Below are positions 49,780 through 61,588 of a stretch of DNA of 64,000 nucleotides, piece after piece. Source of the DNA: Aulosira sp. ZfuVER01. GTDB lineage: Bacteria; Cyanobacteriota; Cyanobacteriia; Cyanobacteriales; Nostocaceae. The stretch covers positions 1 through 64,000 of the forward strand of contig JAVRCV020000079.1 in the NCBI GenBank assembly GCA_034530615.2. Direction: 5' to 3'. A program made the translations under genes and the position numbers. The notes beneath the pieces were generated by a model. The model ran no database searches, had not been told where the DNA came from, and saw only the letters and a list, made by a program, of their open reading frames with translations. The stretch's first letter is position 1. Each line of letters begins with the position of its first letter.

Positions 49780-52038
49780 ATGTCAAATAGCTCAGGCCTG
49801 TATATTCTACTAGTCAGCGTTCATGGATTAATTCGGGGGCACAATTTAGAACTAGGACGAGATGCGGATACAGGCGGACAAACAAAATATGTGCTAGAAC
49901 TCGCTCAAGCCTTAGCCGCAAACCCACAAGTAGAACGTGTAGACCTAGTTACTCGTTTAGTCAACGATCCAAAAGTTAGTCCTGACTATGCCCAACCTGT
50001 AGAAGTTCTGTCAGACAAAGCTCAAATTATTCGCCTCAACTGCGGTCCCCGTCGTTATCTGCGTAAAGAAGTTCTCTGGCCGCATTTGGATAACTTTGCT
50101 GATGAGTTACTCAGACACCTGCGACAAATTGGTAAATTACCTCATGTGATTCATACCCATTACGCCGATGCTGGATATGTGGGTTGTCGGGTTGCGGCTT
50201 GGTTAGGTATCCCCCTTGTGCATACAGGTCACTCCCTCGGACGTGTGAAACAACAACGATTGTTAGAACAAGGAACCAAACCGGAAGTTATTGATAACTA
50301 TTTTCATATCACTAGCAGAATTGAAGCAGAAGAAACCACACTAGCTAGTGCAGCGTTAATTATTGCCAGTACTAATCAAGAAGTAACACAGCAGTATGGC
50401 ATTTACGACCACTATCAGCCACAACGGATGGTTGTAATTCCGCCAGGCGTAGTATTAGAACGCTTCTATCCAGTTCCTAAAAATTGGCAGGAACCGCCTA
50501 TATATCAAGATTTGCAGCGATTTCTTAAAGACCCACAAAAGCCCATGATTATGGCGCTTTCCCGACCAGCAATTCGTAAAAATGTTGGGACTCTGGTCAA
50601 AGCTTATGGCGAAGATCCACAGTTGCGACATTTAGCAAACCTAGTCCTGGTGCTAGGAAACCGAGACGATATCACGACGATGGAATCAGGGCCGCGTCAG
50701 GTACTCACAGAAATCTTCCAATTAATAGACCGCTATGACCTCTACGGTCACATCGCTTATCCTAAACACCACAGTGCTGACGAAGTACCTGAACTCTATC
50801 GATTGCTGGCAAAAACACGAGGGGTATTTATCAATCCGGCATTAACTGAGCCATTTGGTTTAACTTTAATCGAAGCTACAGCCTGCGGTGTGCCCATTAT
50901 TGCCACATCAGATGGTGGGCCGCGAGATATCCTAGCGGCTTGCGACAATGGTATGTTAATCGATCCCCTCGATATTCAACAGATTCAGGATGCTTTGCGA
51001 ACAGCCCTGACCGATACCGCACAATGGCAACGTTGGTCTAGTAATGGTTTAAGTAGAGTCCGAGAAAATTTCTCTTGGGAGACTCACGTAGAAAAATATC
51101 TCGAACAAGTGCGTCAACTACCACAACGACGAGTTCAATCTATGCTCAGTCCTTTGCGACAAGGGCCAGCAAGTAACATAACTGATTGGAACATACCGGA
51201 AAAAAACCGCTTACCAACAGCAGATCGTTTCCTCGTTTGTGAAATAGATAATACTCTCTTAGGTGATGCGGATGCACTACAACAATTAATTGAGCGGCTG
51301 CATAATGAAGGTCACACAACTGGAGTAGGAATTGCTACCGGACGCAACCTAGAAAGCTCTTTAGAGATGTTGGAAGAATATCGCTTCCCCATGCCAGATT
51401 TGCTGATTGTCTCAACAGGTAGCGAAATCTACTATGGCCCTCAGGTAATTCCGGATATGAACTGGCAAAGACACATCAGCTATCGTTGGCAACCAGACGC
51501 AGTGCGACAAGTAATGGAGGAACTACCAGGAGTGAAGTTACAACCTCCAGAAGGGCAAAGTAAGTTCAAGATTAGCTATTTTATTGATGAAGAAAAATCC
51601 GTGAGTTATCGGGAAATCATGCGTCACTTGCGACGGCATAAGCTCCATGTTAAAGGTATCTATAGTCACAATATGTATCTTGACTTGGTACCAATTCGGG
51701 CTTCTAAAGGAGATGCTATTCGTTATTGCGCTTTGAAGTGGGGATTACCAATTAAACGGTTTTTAGTCGCAGGTGCATCAGGCAATGATGAAACGATGCT
51801 AGCTGGGAATACTCTAGCTGTGGTTGTAGGTAACTACAGCCAAGAAATTGAAAAGTTATGTACCTATCCACAGGTTTATTTTGCTCAAGGTAATTATGCT
51901 TGGGGCATTTTGGAAGCACTAGATCATTACGACTTTTTTGGGAGTTTATATCAGACAGAATTTGAAATGAATGGACACGGGGAGACGGTAACACAAAAAC
52001 GCTCAGAAGCAATGATAGAAGAAGCCTTACCTTCTTGA
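49780..52038 (+). CDS. sps: Bidomain sucrose-phosphate synthase (GT-B + HAD SPP-like domain)
   Basis: SVHGLIRG, GRDADTGGQTKYV, HYADAG, EPFGLTLIEA and a C-terminal HAD with ATGR and SKG. Confidence 0.88.
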   Translation: MSNSSGLYILLVSVHGLIRGHNLELGRDADTGGQTKYVLELAQALAANPQVERVDLVTRLVNDPKVSPDYAQPVEVLSDKAQIIRLNCGPRRYLRKEVLWPHLDNFADELLRHLRQIGKLPHVIHTHYADAGYVGCRVAAWLGIPLVHTGHSLGRVKQQRLLEQGTKPEVIDNYFHITSRIEAEETTLASAALIIASTNQEVTQQYGIYDHYQPQRMVVIPPGVVLERFYPVPKNWQEPPIYQDLQRFLKDPQKPMIMALSRPAIRKNVGTLVKAYGEDPQLRHLANLVLVLGNRDDITTMESGPRQVLTEIFQLIDRYDLYGHIAYPKHHSADEVPELYRLLAKTRGVFINPALTEPFGLTLIEATACGVPIIATSDGGPRDILAACDNGMLIDPLDIQQIQDALRTALTDTAQWQRWSSNGLSRVRENFSWETHVEKYLEQVRQLPQRRVQSMLSPLRQGPASNITDWNIPEKNRLPTADRFLVCEIDNTLLGDADALQQLIERLHNEGHTTGVGIATGRNLESSLEMLEEYRFPMPDLLIVSTGSEIYYGPQVIPDMNWQRHISYRWQPDAVRQVMEELPGVKLQPPEGQSKFKISYFIDEEKSVSYREIMRHLRRHKLHVKGIYSHNMYLDLVPIRASKGDAIRYCALKWGLPIKRFLVAGASGNDETMLAGNTLAVVVGNYSQEIEKLCTYPQVYFAQGNYAWGILEALDHYDFFGSLYQTEFEMNGHGETVTQKRSEAMIEEALPS

Positions 52039-52132
52039 ATCGTGGCTCTAATTCAGAGTTCATTATTTAACACTGGAACAATGTCTTCGTTCTTTTAGCT
52101 ATATTCCAATACAGTTCAGTTAAGGAGAAGCG

Positions 52133-52241
52133 TAGTGCTGTGACAAGGCTAAAGTTGTGTATTAGATTTCTAATTGATAGGGCGCTAAAGCGCAACTACA
52201 AACCTTTTTTATCGCATCATTTTAGTCTAGACACGCCAGTA
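52133..52241. mobile_element. 109-bp TA-bounded MITE (copy 1)
   Basis: tagtgctgtgacaaggctaaa...tttagtctagacacgccagta; second copy at 63621-63729. Confidence 0.85.
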
Positions 52242-52322
52242 GGGTGCGTTAGGCTACGGCATAACACACCTACAAAATTCAATTTGGAATGATTAGATCA
52301 TTAGTGTATACACGGTAAGCTT

Positions 52323-55300
52323 TTACGCACTAAAGTACTTCGCTAGTGGATGATAAGCAATAATCGCCGTTGTAGACTGTTCTGGATAAAGCTGCTCACT
52401 TTCATCCATATACAGGTTAATCCTATCAGTCCCCAACAAATCCAGTTGCTTGTACTGATCCTGAATATTCGGACAAGCCGGATAGCCAAAACTATACCGC
52501 GAACCCTGATAACGTTGTGCCAAGATATCGCGGATATTGTCTGGTTCCTCCGCAACAAACCCTAACTCTTGACGAATTCGGGCGTGTGTCCATTCAGCCA
52601 AGGCTTCCGCTACCTGCACTGCAAGCCCGTGGAAATACAGGTAATCAGTGTATTGATTATCTGCAAATAACTTCTGCGCGTACTCTGTTGCAATCTCACC
52701 TACAGTGACCGCCTGCATCGGAAACACATCAATTAACCCCGACTCCTTCGGTGCAAAGAAATCTGCAATACACAACCTCCTCAAAGACTTCTGTCTGGGA
52801 AACTCAAACTTCGCAATTTCCCTCGCATCTAGGCTGTTCGTTTCATAAATATACAGAGTATTCCCCTCAGCCTGGCAAGGGAAATACCCGTAAATCACCT
52901 GGGGATGCAACAGATTCTCCTCAACAATCCGCTGTTTCCACTCTTTCAAAATCGGATACACCTTTTCATCTAAGAAAGCTTGATATTCTTCCTTAGTTTG
53001 CTCTTTTGGTTTACGGAATTGCCATTGTCCAGCAATTAAAGCTTGTAAATCCAAATACCCAAATATTTCCTCTAGAGAAATATCACTAGGTTGCAACAAC
53101 TTCGTTCCCCAAAAAGGTGGTGTGGGACGGTCAATATCTATCGCCACAGCTTCGGAACGTTTAGTATCTACTTGAGTGCTTACTTCTGATTTCTGAGTCT
53201 TGAGTGCTGAGTCTTGAGGACTGAGCCTTGAGTCTTGAATGATGGTTTCATCAGTTTCGAGTTCATCTAAAAATCCTTGCAAATCATCCCATTTAGCAGC
53301 AGCTTTCGCTGGCATTAATTTATCCATGAAATGCAAATCTGAGAAGGCATCTTTGCCATAAACGACTTTACCTTTATAGGCATTTTGGCAATCTTGATAG
53401 ACAAATTTGGGAGTCAATGCTGCACCACCTAAAATTACAGGTACAGTAATTCCCTTTTCGTTAAATACCTCCAAGTTTTCTTTCATAAAGGCAGTAGATT
53501 TCACTAACAATCCACTCATAGCGATACAATCAGGTTTGTGCTGTTCGTAAGCCTGAATGATGTTTTCTACTGACTGTTTAATTCCCAAATTAATAACTTT
53601 GTAGCCATTATTAGAAAGAATGATATCCACTAGGTTTTTACCTATGTCGTGGACATCACCTTTGACAGTGGCAATAATCACAGTTCCTTTAGCATTATTG
53701 CCAGCTTCTGACTTTTCCATGAACGGTTCTAGATAAGCTACCGCTGCTTTCATGGTTTCCGCAGACTGCAATACAAAGGGTAGCTGCATTTGTCCAGAAC
53801 CGAACAACTCACCCACAACTTTCATTCCATCCAGCAGAAAAGTGTTGATAATTTCCAAAGGGGGATATTGTTCTAAAGCTTTTGTTAGTTGTGCTTCTAA
53901 ACCAATGCGTTCGCCATCAATAATATGGCGCTTGAGGCGTTCTTCAATGGGGAGACTTTCATCAACACCTTTGTTGCGTTTTGTCGTTACTCCTGCAAAA
54001 ACTGTGGTAAGTTCCCCTAAGGGATCGTAAACGCAGACATCGCCCTCAAATCGACGTTCATCATAAATTAACTGGCGACAAATTTCTTGATGCTGTGGTT
54101 CAATCTTAGAAATTGGTAAAATCTTGCTAGCACTGACAATGGCTGCATCCATTCCCACGCTCATCGCCTCGTGTAAAAACATCGAATTCAGAACAATCCG
54201 GGCTGCGGGGCTAAGACCAAAGGATATATTGGAAACACCCAAAATTACATGACATCCTGGCAATTCTTGCCGAATTCTGCAGATAGCTTCAATAGTGGCT
54301 TTGCCGTTGGCTCTATCTTCTTCAATACCTGTAGAGATGGGTAAAGCTAAGGTGTCAAAGAAGATTTCTGTGGAAGGTATGCCATATTCTACGGCTTGGC
54401 GATAGGCACGTTGAGCGATCGCAAATTTTTTCTCAGCTGTCCGCGCCATCCCTTCTTCATCTATCGTACCAATTACTACCCCAGCACCGTATCTCTTCGC
54501 TAACTCCAGTACCTTCAAGAAACGCGGTTCGCCGTCTTCGTAGTTGGTAGAGTTGAGTAAACATTTACCTCCAGCGACTTTTAAACCCGCCTCCATCTTT
54601 TCCCATTCGGTGGAGTCGAGCATCAAGGGTAATGTCACATTATTAACGATGCGCGAAACGAGTTCGTGCATATCTCGCACCCCATCACGCCCCACATAAT
54701 CGACGTTAACATCAAGAATATGGGCACCTTCTTTTACTTGGGATCTCGCCATTGAAACGAGTCCATCCCAATCTTCCGCATTCAGCAATTCGCGGCACTT
54801 TTTGGAACCACTAGCGTTGAGGCGTTCGCCCACAATTAAGAAAGAGTTATCTTGATCGTAGGGCTGAGTAGTGTAAATTGATGCTGCTGCTGGTTCTAAA
54901 CTTGGCTGTCTAACTTTTGGCTTTAGGTCTTTGGTAATTTCTGCTAATTGTTGAATGTGTTCTGGACGTGTCCCACAGCAACCCCCAATCACTTGGACAC
55001 CCAAATCTTCAACAAAATGCATCAAAGACATCCGTAATTCCATCGGTGTCAAACGGTAGTGTGCTTGACCGCCGACATTCTCTGGTAAACCCGCATTCGG
55101 AATACAGGAAACGATAAAAGGTGAATGTTCTGCCAGATATTTAATATGTGGCTTCATCAAATCTGGGCCTGTAGCACAGTTGAGACCGAGAATATCTATT
55201 GGGTAAGGTTCCAAAATTGTCAGTACGGCACTGATTTCGGTTCCTACCAGCATCGTGCCCATACTTTCCATTGTCACCGATACCATCAACGGACGGCGAT

Positions 55301-55859
55301 CGCCTTTTTTAGCAAAAACTTCTTCAATCCCATTCAGCGCTGCTTTAATTTGCAGCACATCTTGGCAAGTCTCGACAATAAATATATCAACCCCACCATC
55401 CCATAAAGCGTCTGCTTGTTCTGCAAAAGCAGCTTTCATGGTGTCAAAGTCGATATGTCCCAAGGTAGGAAGTTTGGTTGTGGGACCAATAGAACCCGCC
55501 ACAAACCGGGGTTTTTCTGGTGTAGAAAATTCCGCCGCCACACGCTTTGCTAGTTCGGCTGCTTTCTTGTTCAGGTAATATGTCTTGTCCGCCAAGTCAT
55601 ATTCTGCCAACACAATCGAAGTAGCACCAAAAGTATCCGTTTCAATCACATCTGCACCAGCAGCGAGAAAGTCACGGTGAACTTTAGCAACAGCTTCCGG
55701 GTTGGTATGGATTAGGTATTCGTTACAACCTTCATATTGCGGGCCTCCGAAATCCTCAGCGGTGAGGTTTTGTGTTTGCAAGTTAGTACCCATCGCCCCA
55801 TCAAAGACAATAACCGGGCGTTCTGGACTACGTAAGCGTTCAAGAAAAGGATGAGTCAT
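52323..55859 (-). CDS. metH: Cobalamin-dependent methionine synthase
   Basis: [28 protein letters not shown] and [10 protein letters not shown]. Confidence 0.97.
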   Translation of the reverse strand: MTHPFLERLRSPERPVIVFDGAMGTNLQTQNLTAEDFGGPQYEGCNEYLIHTNPEAVAKVHRDFLAAGADVIETDTFGATSIVLAEYDLADKTYYLNKKAAELAKRVAAEFSTPEKPRFVAGSIGPTTKLPTLGHIDFDTMKAAFAEQADALWDGGVDIFIVETCQDVLQIKAALNGIEEVFAKKGDRRPLMVSVTMESMGTMLVGTEISAVLTILEPYPIDILGLNCATGPDLMKPHIKYLAEHSPFIVSCIPNAGLPENVGGQAHYRLTPMELRMSLMHFVEDLGVQVIGGCCGTRPEHIQQLAEITKDLKPKVRQPSLEPAAASIYTTQPYDQDNSFLIVGERLNASGSKKCRELLNAEDWDGLVSMARSQVKEGAHILDVNVDYVGRDGVRDMHELVSRIVNNVTLPLMLDSTEWEKMEAGLKVAGGKCLLNSTNYEDGEPRFLKVLELAKRYGAGVVIGTIDEEGMARTAEKKFAIAQRAYRQAVEYGIPSTEIFFDTLALPISTGIEEDRANGKATIEAICRIRQELPGCHVILGVSNISFGLSPAARIVLNSMFLHEAMSVGMDAAIVSASKILPISKIEPQHQEICRQLIYDERRFEGDVCVYDPLGELTTVFAGVTTKRNKGVDESLPIEERLKRHIIDGERIGLEAQLTKALEQYPPLEIINTFLLDGMKVVGELFGSGQMQLPFVLQSAETMKAAVAYLEPFMEKSEAGNNAKGTVIIATVKGDVHDIGKNLVDIILSNNGYKVINLGIKQSVENIIQAYEQHKPDCIAMSGLLVKSTAFMKENLEVFNEKGITVPVILGGAALTPKFVYQDCQNAYKGKVVYGKDAFSDLHFMDKLMPAKAAAKWDDLQGFLDELETDETIIQDSRLSPQDSALKTQKSEVSTQVDTKRSEAVAIDIDRPTPPFWGTKLLQPSDISLEEIFGYLDLQALIAGQWQFRKPKEQTKEEYQAFLDEKVYPILKEWKQRIVEENLLHPQVIYGYFPCQAEGNTLYIYETNSLDAREIAKFEFPRQKSLRRLCIADFFAPKESGLIDVFPMQAVTVGEIATEYAQKLFADNQYTDYLYFHGLAVQVAEALAEWTHARIRQELGFVAEEPDNIRDILAQRYQGSRYSFGYPACPNIQDQYKQLDLLGTDRINLYMDESEQLYPEQSTTAIIAYHPLAKYFSA

Positions 55860-56001
55860 ATTTTCCACAAGGAAATTAAGTTAGTCGTGCTAGATGAGAC
55901 TTAACTTATTATTTTCTATAATTTGCAAATTTTCGGCAGGCTTGAATAAAATCAGACATCGCCAAAGATGATATGCCTAAAAATGAATGGTTTTCATCGG
56001 C

Positions 56002-56139
56002 ACGCCAGTTGCTACCCTACGGGAACGCTTACCCTTCGGGTTCTGCTTTGCAGTACAGCGAACAAGTCGGCAAAGCCGACGCCACTTGCTTGAAGCCGGG
56101 AAACCCGTCCAACGCAGTGGCTCCCCAACGCACTGGCTC
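56002..56139 (-). repeat. Nested cluster of small dispersed repeats (45-nt family plus inserted CCCT(A/T)CGGG hairpins)
   Basis: Inner 45-mer at 56079-56123 lies inside an outer copy; an additional insert occupies ~56014-56062. Confidence 0.8.
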
Positions 56140-56161
56140 GTTTATCGGCGTTTATCGGCGG

Positions 56162-57061
56162 TCAATTATTTTTTGTTCGCTCCCAAATCCAGTCTTGTAA
56201 AATCGGATTGACTAATTCCGGCGCTTCATCCTGAGGACAATGTCCCACCCCTTCCAAGGGAATAAACTTCAATACTTGAGGATAATTAGCTAACTCTCTA
56301 CCTAAATCCACTGGTTCCCAAGGATCGGCTGTTCCCCATAAAATAATTGCCGGACAAGGTAGCGCAGGTAAAAGGTCTTCTGGTAAGGGGCCCGTGGAAT
56401 AATTTGTAAAAGCTAAGAAAACTGCTACCGCACCAGGATCGCTAGCTGGTGCAGTCAGAATATCTACCAACTCATCTGTTACAGCCTCAGAATTAGCGTA
56501 GGCTTGCAGCAAAATCTTCCTGACTGTTTTCGGTTTAGCAACTTGATTGAAAAAGAACGCGCCAATTGATTTGATCGATAATAGGCGTTGGAGTAAGGGT
56601 GCGCCAAAACGACGAGACCAAGGTAAAGTTGCCCGTTTGCGATCGTGTAATAATCTTAAAGAACAATTGAGTAATGCCACTCCTAAAGCAATCTCTGAGT
56701 GACTCACCGCAGCTTGCATGGCGACTATACAACCAATAGAATTTCCTACCAAAAATGCTGGTTCACCTACCACTTCACGGCAGAAATCAGCTACTTGCTG
56801 TCCCCAAGTTTCAAGTGTGTAATCAATTTGTTCGCCTGGCTTGGGTTTAGCCGAATTGCCAAAGCCTATCAAATCAATGGCATAAACGCGGCAGTGGTCT
56901 GCTAGCACAGGGATATTTTGCCGCCAGTGCCACCACGAAGCCCCAAAGCCATGCACCAGAACAACTGCTGGACCAACGCTTCCTTGAGCTTGATAGCAAA
57001 TGGGGAAACCTTGCCAAATCCAAGTTTTTGTGGAGGTAAATAGGGTTGTAGAAGTCGTCAT
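56162..57061 (-). CDS. Alpha/beta-fold hydrolase
   Basis: LVHGFGAS, GNSIG nucleophile elbow, WGTADPW and GHCPQDE. Confidence 0.92.
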   Translation of the reverse strand: MTTSTTLFTSTKTWIWQGFPICYQAQGSVGPAVVLVHGFGASWWHWRQNIPVLADHCRVYAIDLIGFGNSAKPKPGEQIDYTLETWGQQVADFCREVVGEPAFLVGNSIGCIVAMQAAVSHSEIALGVALLNCSLRLLHDRKRATLPWSRRFGAPLLQRLLSIKSIGAFFFNQVAKPKTVRKILLQAYANSEAVTDELVDILTAPASDPGAVAVFLAFTNYSTGPLPEDLLPALPCPAIILWGTADPWEPVDLGRELANYPQVLKFIPLEGVGHCPQDEAPELVNPILQDWIWERTKNN

Positions 57062-58091
57062 GGGAGTTGCTGAAACAGGAATTTATTAAATTTAGACTAT
57101 GAATACCAAAATTGAGAGGTAGATGTTTTGCCGCAGTCATCATTATTTTAATTTTTATTAATTTTTTTAAAGTTTGAAATAATCTAGATTACTTAAGTCG
57201 TGTCTGAACAAGACATAGACAAAACCTTGGCATTTGCGATGTTATGCTTGAGCTTTGATGCTGCTGCTACTGATAATACTTCATCGTTCTTAATCTTTGA
57301 GATTCTTGACTAGCCAAATATTATCTGTCTTCAGATGTATGACAAATATGTACTTTTAATATACTTATGATTTCTGGCAAAATCGTATTTATACCCAACA
57401 AATATGTAATACTTATTACCAAATAATAGGATTTGAGTAGTTGTGTATGCTGTAAGCAAAGAAATCTTAAACAAACTGAATTAATGATGTCAAATTGGAA
57501 ATTTTTGCAATTATTACACACAGTATTTTTACTACATAGTTTAGCAATATATATTGAAGATTTTACAAATACTATTTATAGTAATGTAGTCCATTAATCT
57601 TAATTTTAAATCTATAATTATGTTCGTTTAATATAGCAAATTGCCTATATGACATTACATACAGTAAAAACTAAAATTTAGATTTTGTGTAAAGTAAAAA
57701 TAAAGCTAATTTAAGAAACCAATTGGATAATTTAGTGAATATTTATACACAGCGTTATCACTAGTTTTAACCAATAAACAATTAATATAGCAGTCCGCTT
57801 TGATTTCTGAATTGATTTGATAGGCAGGTAGGCAATACTGTTAGGGGCGGCTTCACCGAGATTACCATTAGTAATTGATAATATTTTTAAACCTGCCCCT
57901 ACTGAGTCTTGTTCAAAAATCCAGATGGAATTAGGATCAGTAGTAGATTCAGTAGTTTCACAATTTACGATAGCTAAATTAGTCTATAAAATTGTCGTGT
58001 ATCAAGCATCTGCCAAGGAGTGGTTTGCAACTAGGAAAGTGACTCTGGGTTTGACGAATTTTTTGTTGCTAGTTCCTCCAAACCGAAAAAT

Positions 58092-58646
58092 ATGACTACA
58101 CTAGAAACTATAGATACTCCTATTGGGAGCTATGCACCAGACTTTGAACTGCCGGGAATTGACAATCAAGTACACCATCTTAGCCGTTATCTAAACAAGT
58201 TTCGTGCAGTTGGTGTCATCTCAATGTCCAACCGCTGCCCTTATGTAGCTTTATATTTAGACAGACTAAAAAATATTCAAGCAGAATTTGCCAAATTTGG
58301 TTTTACACTGATTGGGATGAATGGTAGTGCAGCCATTGGGCATCCAACAGAAAGCTTTGAAAGTATGAAAGTTTTTGCTGAGTGTCACCGATTGAACTTC
58401 CCTTACTTATGGGACCCAACCCAAGATGTGACTCAAAGCATTGGTGCTTGTAAAACACCAATGGCTTTCTTAATAGATAATATCGGTATACTACGTTACA
58501 AAGGACAAATTGACGATCATCCCCATAACCCCCTAGGTGGAGGAGAAGATTATTTGAAAAAGGCGATCGCTTCTCTACTAAAAGGTCATAAAATATATCC
58601 ACCAGAAACTGAGGCCATAGGTACTTCATTAATCTGGCGTAACTAG
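58092..58646 (+). CDS. Thioredoxin-like / AhpC-TSA family protein
   Basis: APDFELPG, SNRCPYV, FPYLWD and YKGQIDD. Confidence 0.88.
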   Translation: MTTLETIDTPIGSYAPDFELPGIDNQVHHLSRYLNKFRAVGVISMSNRCPYVALYLDRLKNIQAEFAKFGFTLIGMNGSAAIGHPTESFESMKVFAECHRLNFPYLWDPTQDVTQSIGACKTPMAFLIDNIGILRYKGQIDDHPHNPLGGGEDYLKKAIASLLKGHKIYPPETEAIGTSLIWRN

Positions 58647-58716
58647 ACACAGATAGGCACTGTACTGCTATCTTAAATTGGAGGCAATTGCAACTTTTTC
58701 GATAAAGCGTAACTTC

Positions 58717-59445
58717 ATGGGAACGAATTACCGACGGGTTTTACTTAAACTGAGCGGTGAAGCTTTGATGGGCAACATGGGCTATGGTATTGATCCAGAA
58801 GTGGTCAAAGAAATAGCTCAAGAAGTGGGAGAGGTGGTAGCCACTGGCGTTCAGATCGCTATCGTCGTTGGCGGCGGCAATATTTTTCGTGGTGTCAAAG
58901 CGGCGTCGGCGGGGATGGACAGGGCAACCGCTGACTACATTGGGATGATTGCCACGGTAATGAATGCCATGACGCTGCAAGATTCGTTAGAACGAATAGG
59001 GGTACAGACGCGAGTGCAAACTGCGATCGCTATGCAAGAATTAGCGGAACCGTATATTCGTCGTCGTGCCATCCGTCATCTAGAGAAAGGGCGGGTGGTA
59101 ATTTTTGGCGCTGGTTCTGGAAATCCCTTCTTTACAACCGACACTACTGCTGCCTTAAGAGCCGCAGAAATCGATGCTGAAGTGATTTTTAAAGCCACCA
59201 AAGTAGACGGAGTATACGATGCTGACCCTCATGTCTATCCTGATGCCAAACGTTACACCAGCCTCACTTACGCCCATGTTTTGGCTAAAGATTTGCGGGT
59301 AATGGATACTACCGCGATTGCCTTGTGTAAAGAAAATAATATTCCAATTCTTGTCTTTGACTTGACGGTGCGAGGTAATATCCACCGAGCAGTCATGGGA
59401 GAAGCCATCGGCACCCTTGTGGGAGGTTCTTGTGAAATTAGCTGA
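58717..59445 (+). CDS. pyrH: UMP kinase
   Basis: [19 protein letters not shown] and FFTTDT. Confidence 0.98.
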   Translation: MGTNYRRVLLKLSGEALMGNMGYGIDPEVVKEIAQEVGEVVATGVQIAIVVGGGNIFRGVKAASAGMDRATADYIGMIATVMNAMTLQDSLERIGVQTRVQTAIAMQELAEPYIRRRAIRHLEKGRVVIFGAGSGNPFFTTDTTAALRAAEIDAEVIFKATKVDGVYDADPHVYPDAKRYTSLTYAHVLAKDLRVMDTTAIALCKENNIPILVFDLTVRGNIHRAVMGEAIGTLVGGSCEIS

Positions 59446-59980
59446 AGCTGAGAGTAAAATGCAACATACCGTTGAGGCAACTCAACGCGCTTTTAACACG
59501 ATTCGTACTGGTCGCGCCAATGCGAGTCTACTAGATAAGGTATTGGTAGAGTATTACGGTACACCTACCGCCTTGAAATCACTGGCAAATATCAGTACAC
59601 CTGATGCCACAACCATCTTGATTCAACCTTACGATCGCAGTAGCTTGAATATAGTTGAAAAAGCAATTTCCTTGTCAGATGTAGGTTTAACCCCTAGCAA
59701 CGATGGTTCGGTAATTCGGCTGAATATTCCGCCTTTGACAAGCGATCGCCGTAAAGAACTAGTCAAAATCGCTGCCAAATACGCAGAAGAAGGTCGTGTT
59801 GGGATTCGTAACATCCGCCGCGATGCCGTAGACTCTATTCGCAAACAGGAAAAAAGCGCGGAAATTTCTGAAGATGAATCGCGAGATCTACAAGACAAAC
59901 TCCAAAAATTAACGAATAAACATACTGCCAGAATTGACGAATTATTGGCAGAAAAAGAAAAAGACATTACCACTGTCTAA
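59432..59980 (+). CDS. frr: Ribosome recycling factor
   Basis: IRTGRAN, RNIRRDA and KEKDI; GTG start overlaps pyrH. Confidence 0.98.
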   Translation: MKLAEAESKMQHTVEATQRAFNTIRTGRANASLLDKVLVEYYGTPTALKSLANISTPDATTILIQPYDRSSLNIVEKAISLSDVGLTPSNDGSVIRLNIPPLTSDRRKELVKIAAKYAEEGRVGIRNIRRDAVDSIRKQEKSAEISEDESRDLQDKLQKLTNKHTARIDELLAEKEKDITTV

Positions 59981-60224
59981 GTTAATTTGGTTTGGGAAAT
60001 GGGGTATGGGGCAAGGAGGATAAATGCCTATTGCCTTCTTGACTCTAGTCAAATTTTTAAATCTGAAACCACAGATATTCATCCCTAGACATCGGTGTTT
60101 ATCTGTGGTTTCACGTAATGAGCTAGAATTTTGTATGCGCCCTAAACAGAGACTAGTGTGGAATGAGCAGTGCCCACCAAAAACTTGTTGGTTGGGCTAA
60201 TTGAGGAGCAAAAATTTAGCCATT

Positions 60225-61346
60225 ATGTACGACTGCATTATCGTCGGAGCCGGTCCATCTGGTGGAACAGCTGCATATCATTTAGCCAAGCAAGGTCGCT
60301 CAGTATTAGTTTTAGAAAAAGAATCTCTGCCAAGATATAAACCCTGTGGTGGTGGAGTATCACCAGCGATCGCTCAATGGTTTGATTTTGATTTTAGCCC
60401 AGCAATTTCCGTGAAGGTAGACTCTCTGCGCTTTACCTGGAATATGGAAGACCCAGTAGAAGCGAAAATCGGAGTTAAAGAACCAATTTGGATGGTGCGG
60501 CGAGAAGTTTTTGACCATTTCCTAGTTCAACAAGCCCAGCAGCAAGGAGCTAAACTCCAAGACAATACAGAAGTCACTGGTATTGAGTTTCAAGCTGATT
60601 CTTGGCAAGTGAACACAACCAACGGCTCATTTACAGGTCGCTACTTAATCGCGGCTGATGGCGCTAAAGGGCCGATGGCAAAATGGCTAGGCTTCAAAGA
60701 CCGTAAACGCCACTTGGCAGGAGCTTTAGAGGCAGAAGTTCCCGCCAATGTTGACAACCCATCTATGGCTCATTTTGAATTCGGTCTAGTCAAAAATGGC
60801 TATATTTGGAACTTCCCTAAAGCTGAAGGCTATTCCCTTGGTGTTGGTACATTTATTGGTGGCGCACCTCAAGACTTCAAAAAGATTTTAGATGAGTACG
60901 CCCAATCTTTTAATGTAGATGTCAAAACCTGCAAGCAATACGGTCATCCTATTACCTTGTGGAATGGAAATCAAAAGCTACATACCCAAAATGCTGTTTT
61001 GGCTGGTGAAGCGGCTTGTGTAGTTGACCCAATGACAGCAGAAGGTATTCGTCCTTCTATTTTTAGCGGTTTGCTGGCTGCTAGTGCCATTAATGATGCG
61101 CTTTCAGGCAATATCAACGCTTTAGAAGAGTATACCAACGCCATTAACGAACAATGGGGCACTGATATGGCTTGGGCGCAAAAATTAGCTAACGCATTTT
61201 ATCGCTTTCCGAAAATTGGCTACAACGTAGGTGTAAAGCGCCCCTCTGGTGCCCAGGTTATGGGTAAGATTCTCTGTGGTGAAATGCGCTATGGCGATGT
61301 TGTCGGTCGCGCCCTGAAGCGTTTAATCCCTGGTTTTGGCGGATAA
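60225..61346 (+). CDS. Geranylgeranyl reductase family FAD oxidoreductase
   Basis: IIVGAGPSG, RYKPCGGG, AADGA, GYIWNFPK and GEAACVVDPMTAEGI. Confidence 0.9.
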   Translation: MYDCIIVGAGPSGGTAAYHLAKQGRSVLVLEKESLPRYKPCGGGVSPAIAQWFDFDFSPAISVKVDSLRFTWNMEDPVEAKIGVKEPIWMVRREVFDHFLVQQAQQQGAKLQDNTEVTGIEFQADSWQVNTTNGSFTGRYLIAADGAKGPMAKWLGFKDRKRHLAGALEAEVPANVDNPSMAHFEFGLVKNGYIWNFPKAEGYSLGVGTFIGGAPQDFKKILDEYAQSFNVDVKTCKQYGHPITLWNGNQKLHTQNAVLAGEAACVVDPMTAEGIRPSIFSGLLAASAINDALSGNINALEEYTNAINEQWGTDMAWAQKLANAFYRFPKIGYNVGVKRPSGAQVMGKILCGEMRYGDVVGRALKRLIPGFGG

Positions 61347-61588
61347 GGGAGCAGGGGGACAAGGAGGACAGGGAGGATGGGGGGAGTGTGGGGAGAGAGG
61401 GGAGAAACGAACCACACTTTCTTTATTAGCTCCCCCCCGTCTCCCAAACTTCCCACACTCCTTGTTTGCCCCATGCCCCATGCCCAATGCCCCATGACAA
61501 ATAACAACAGATAAGAAATCGCCTTCAAGGGACTTGTAGTTACAACAAGTGATTCTTTCTACCAAAGTTTCCTTGAAAGTAGACAATT

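Noticed and set aside
55870..56000. Cobalamin riboswitch upstream of metH
   Set aside because: No recognisable B12-box or conserved core seen
55973..56211. Two short plus-strand ORFs
   Set aside because: They span the nested repeat cluster
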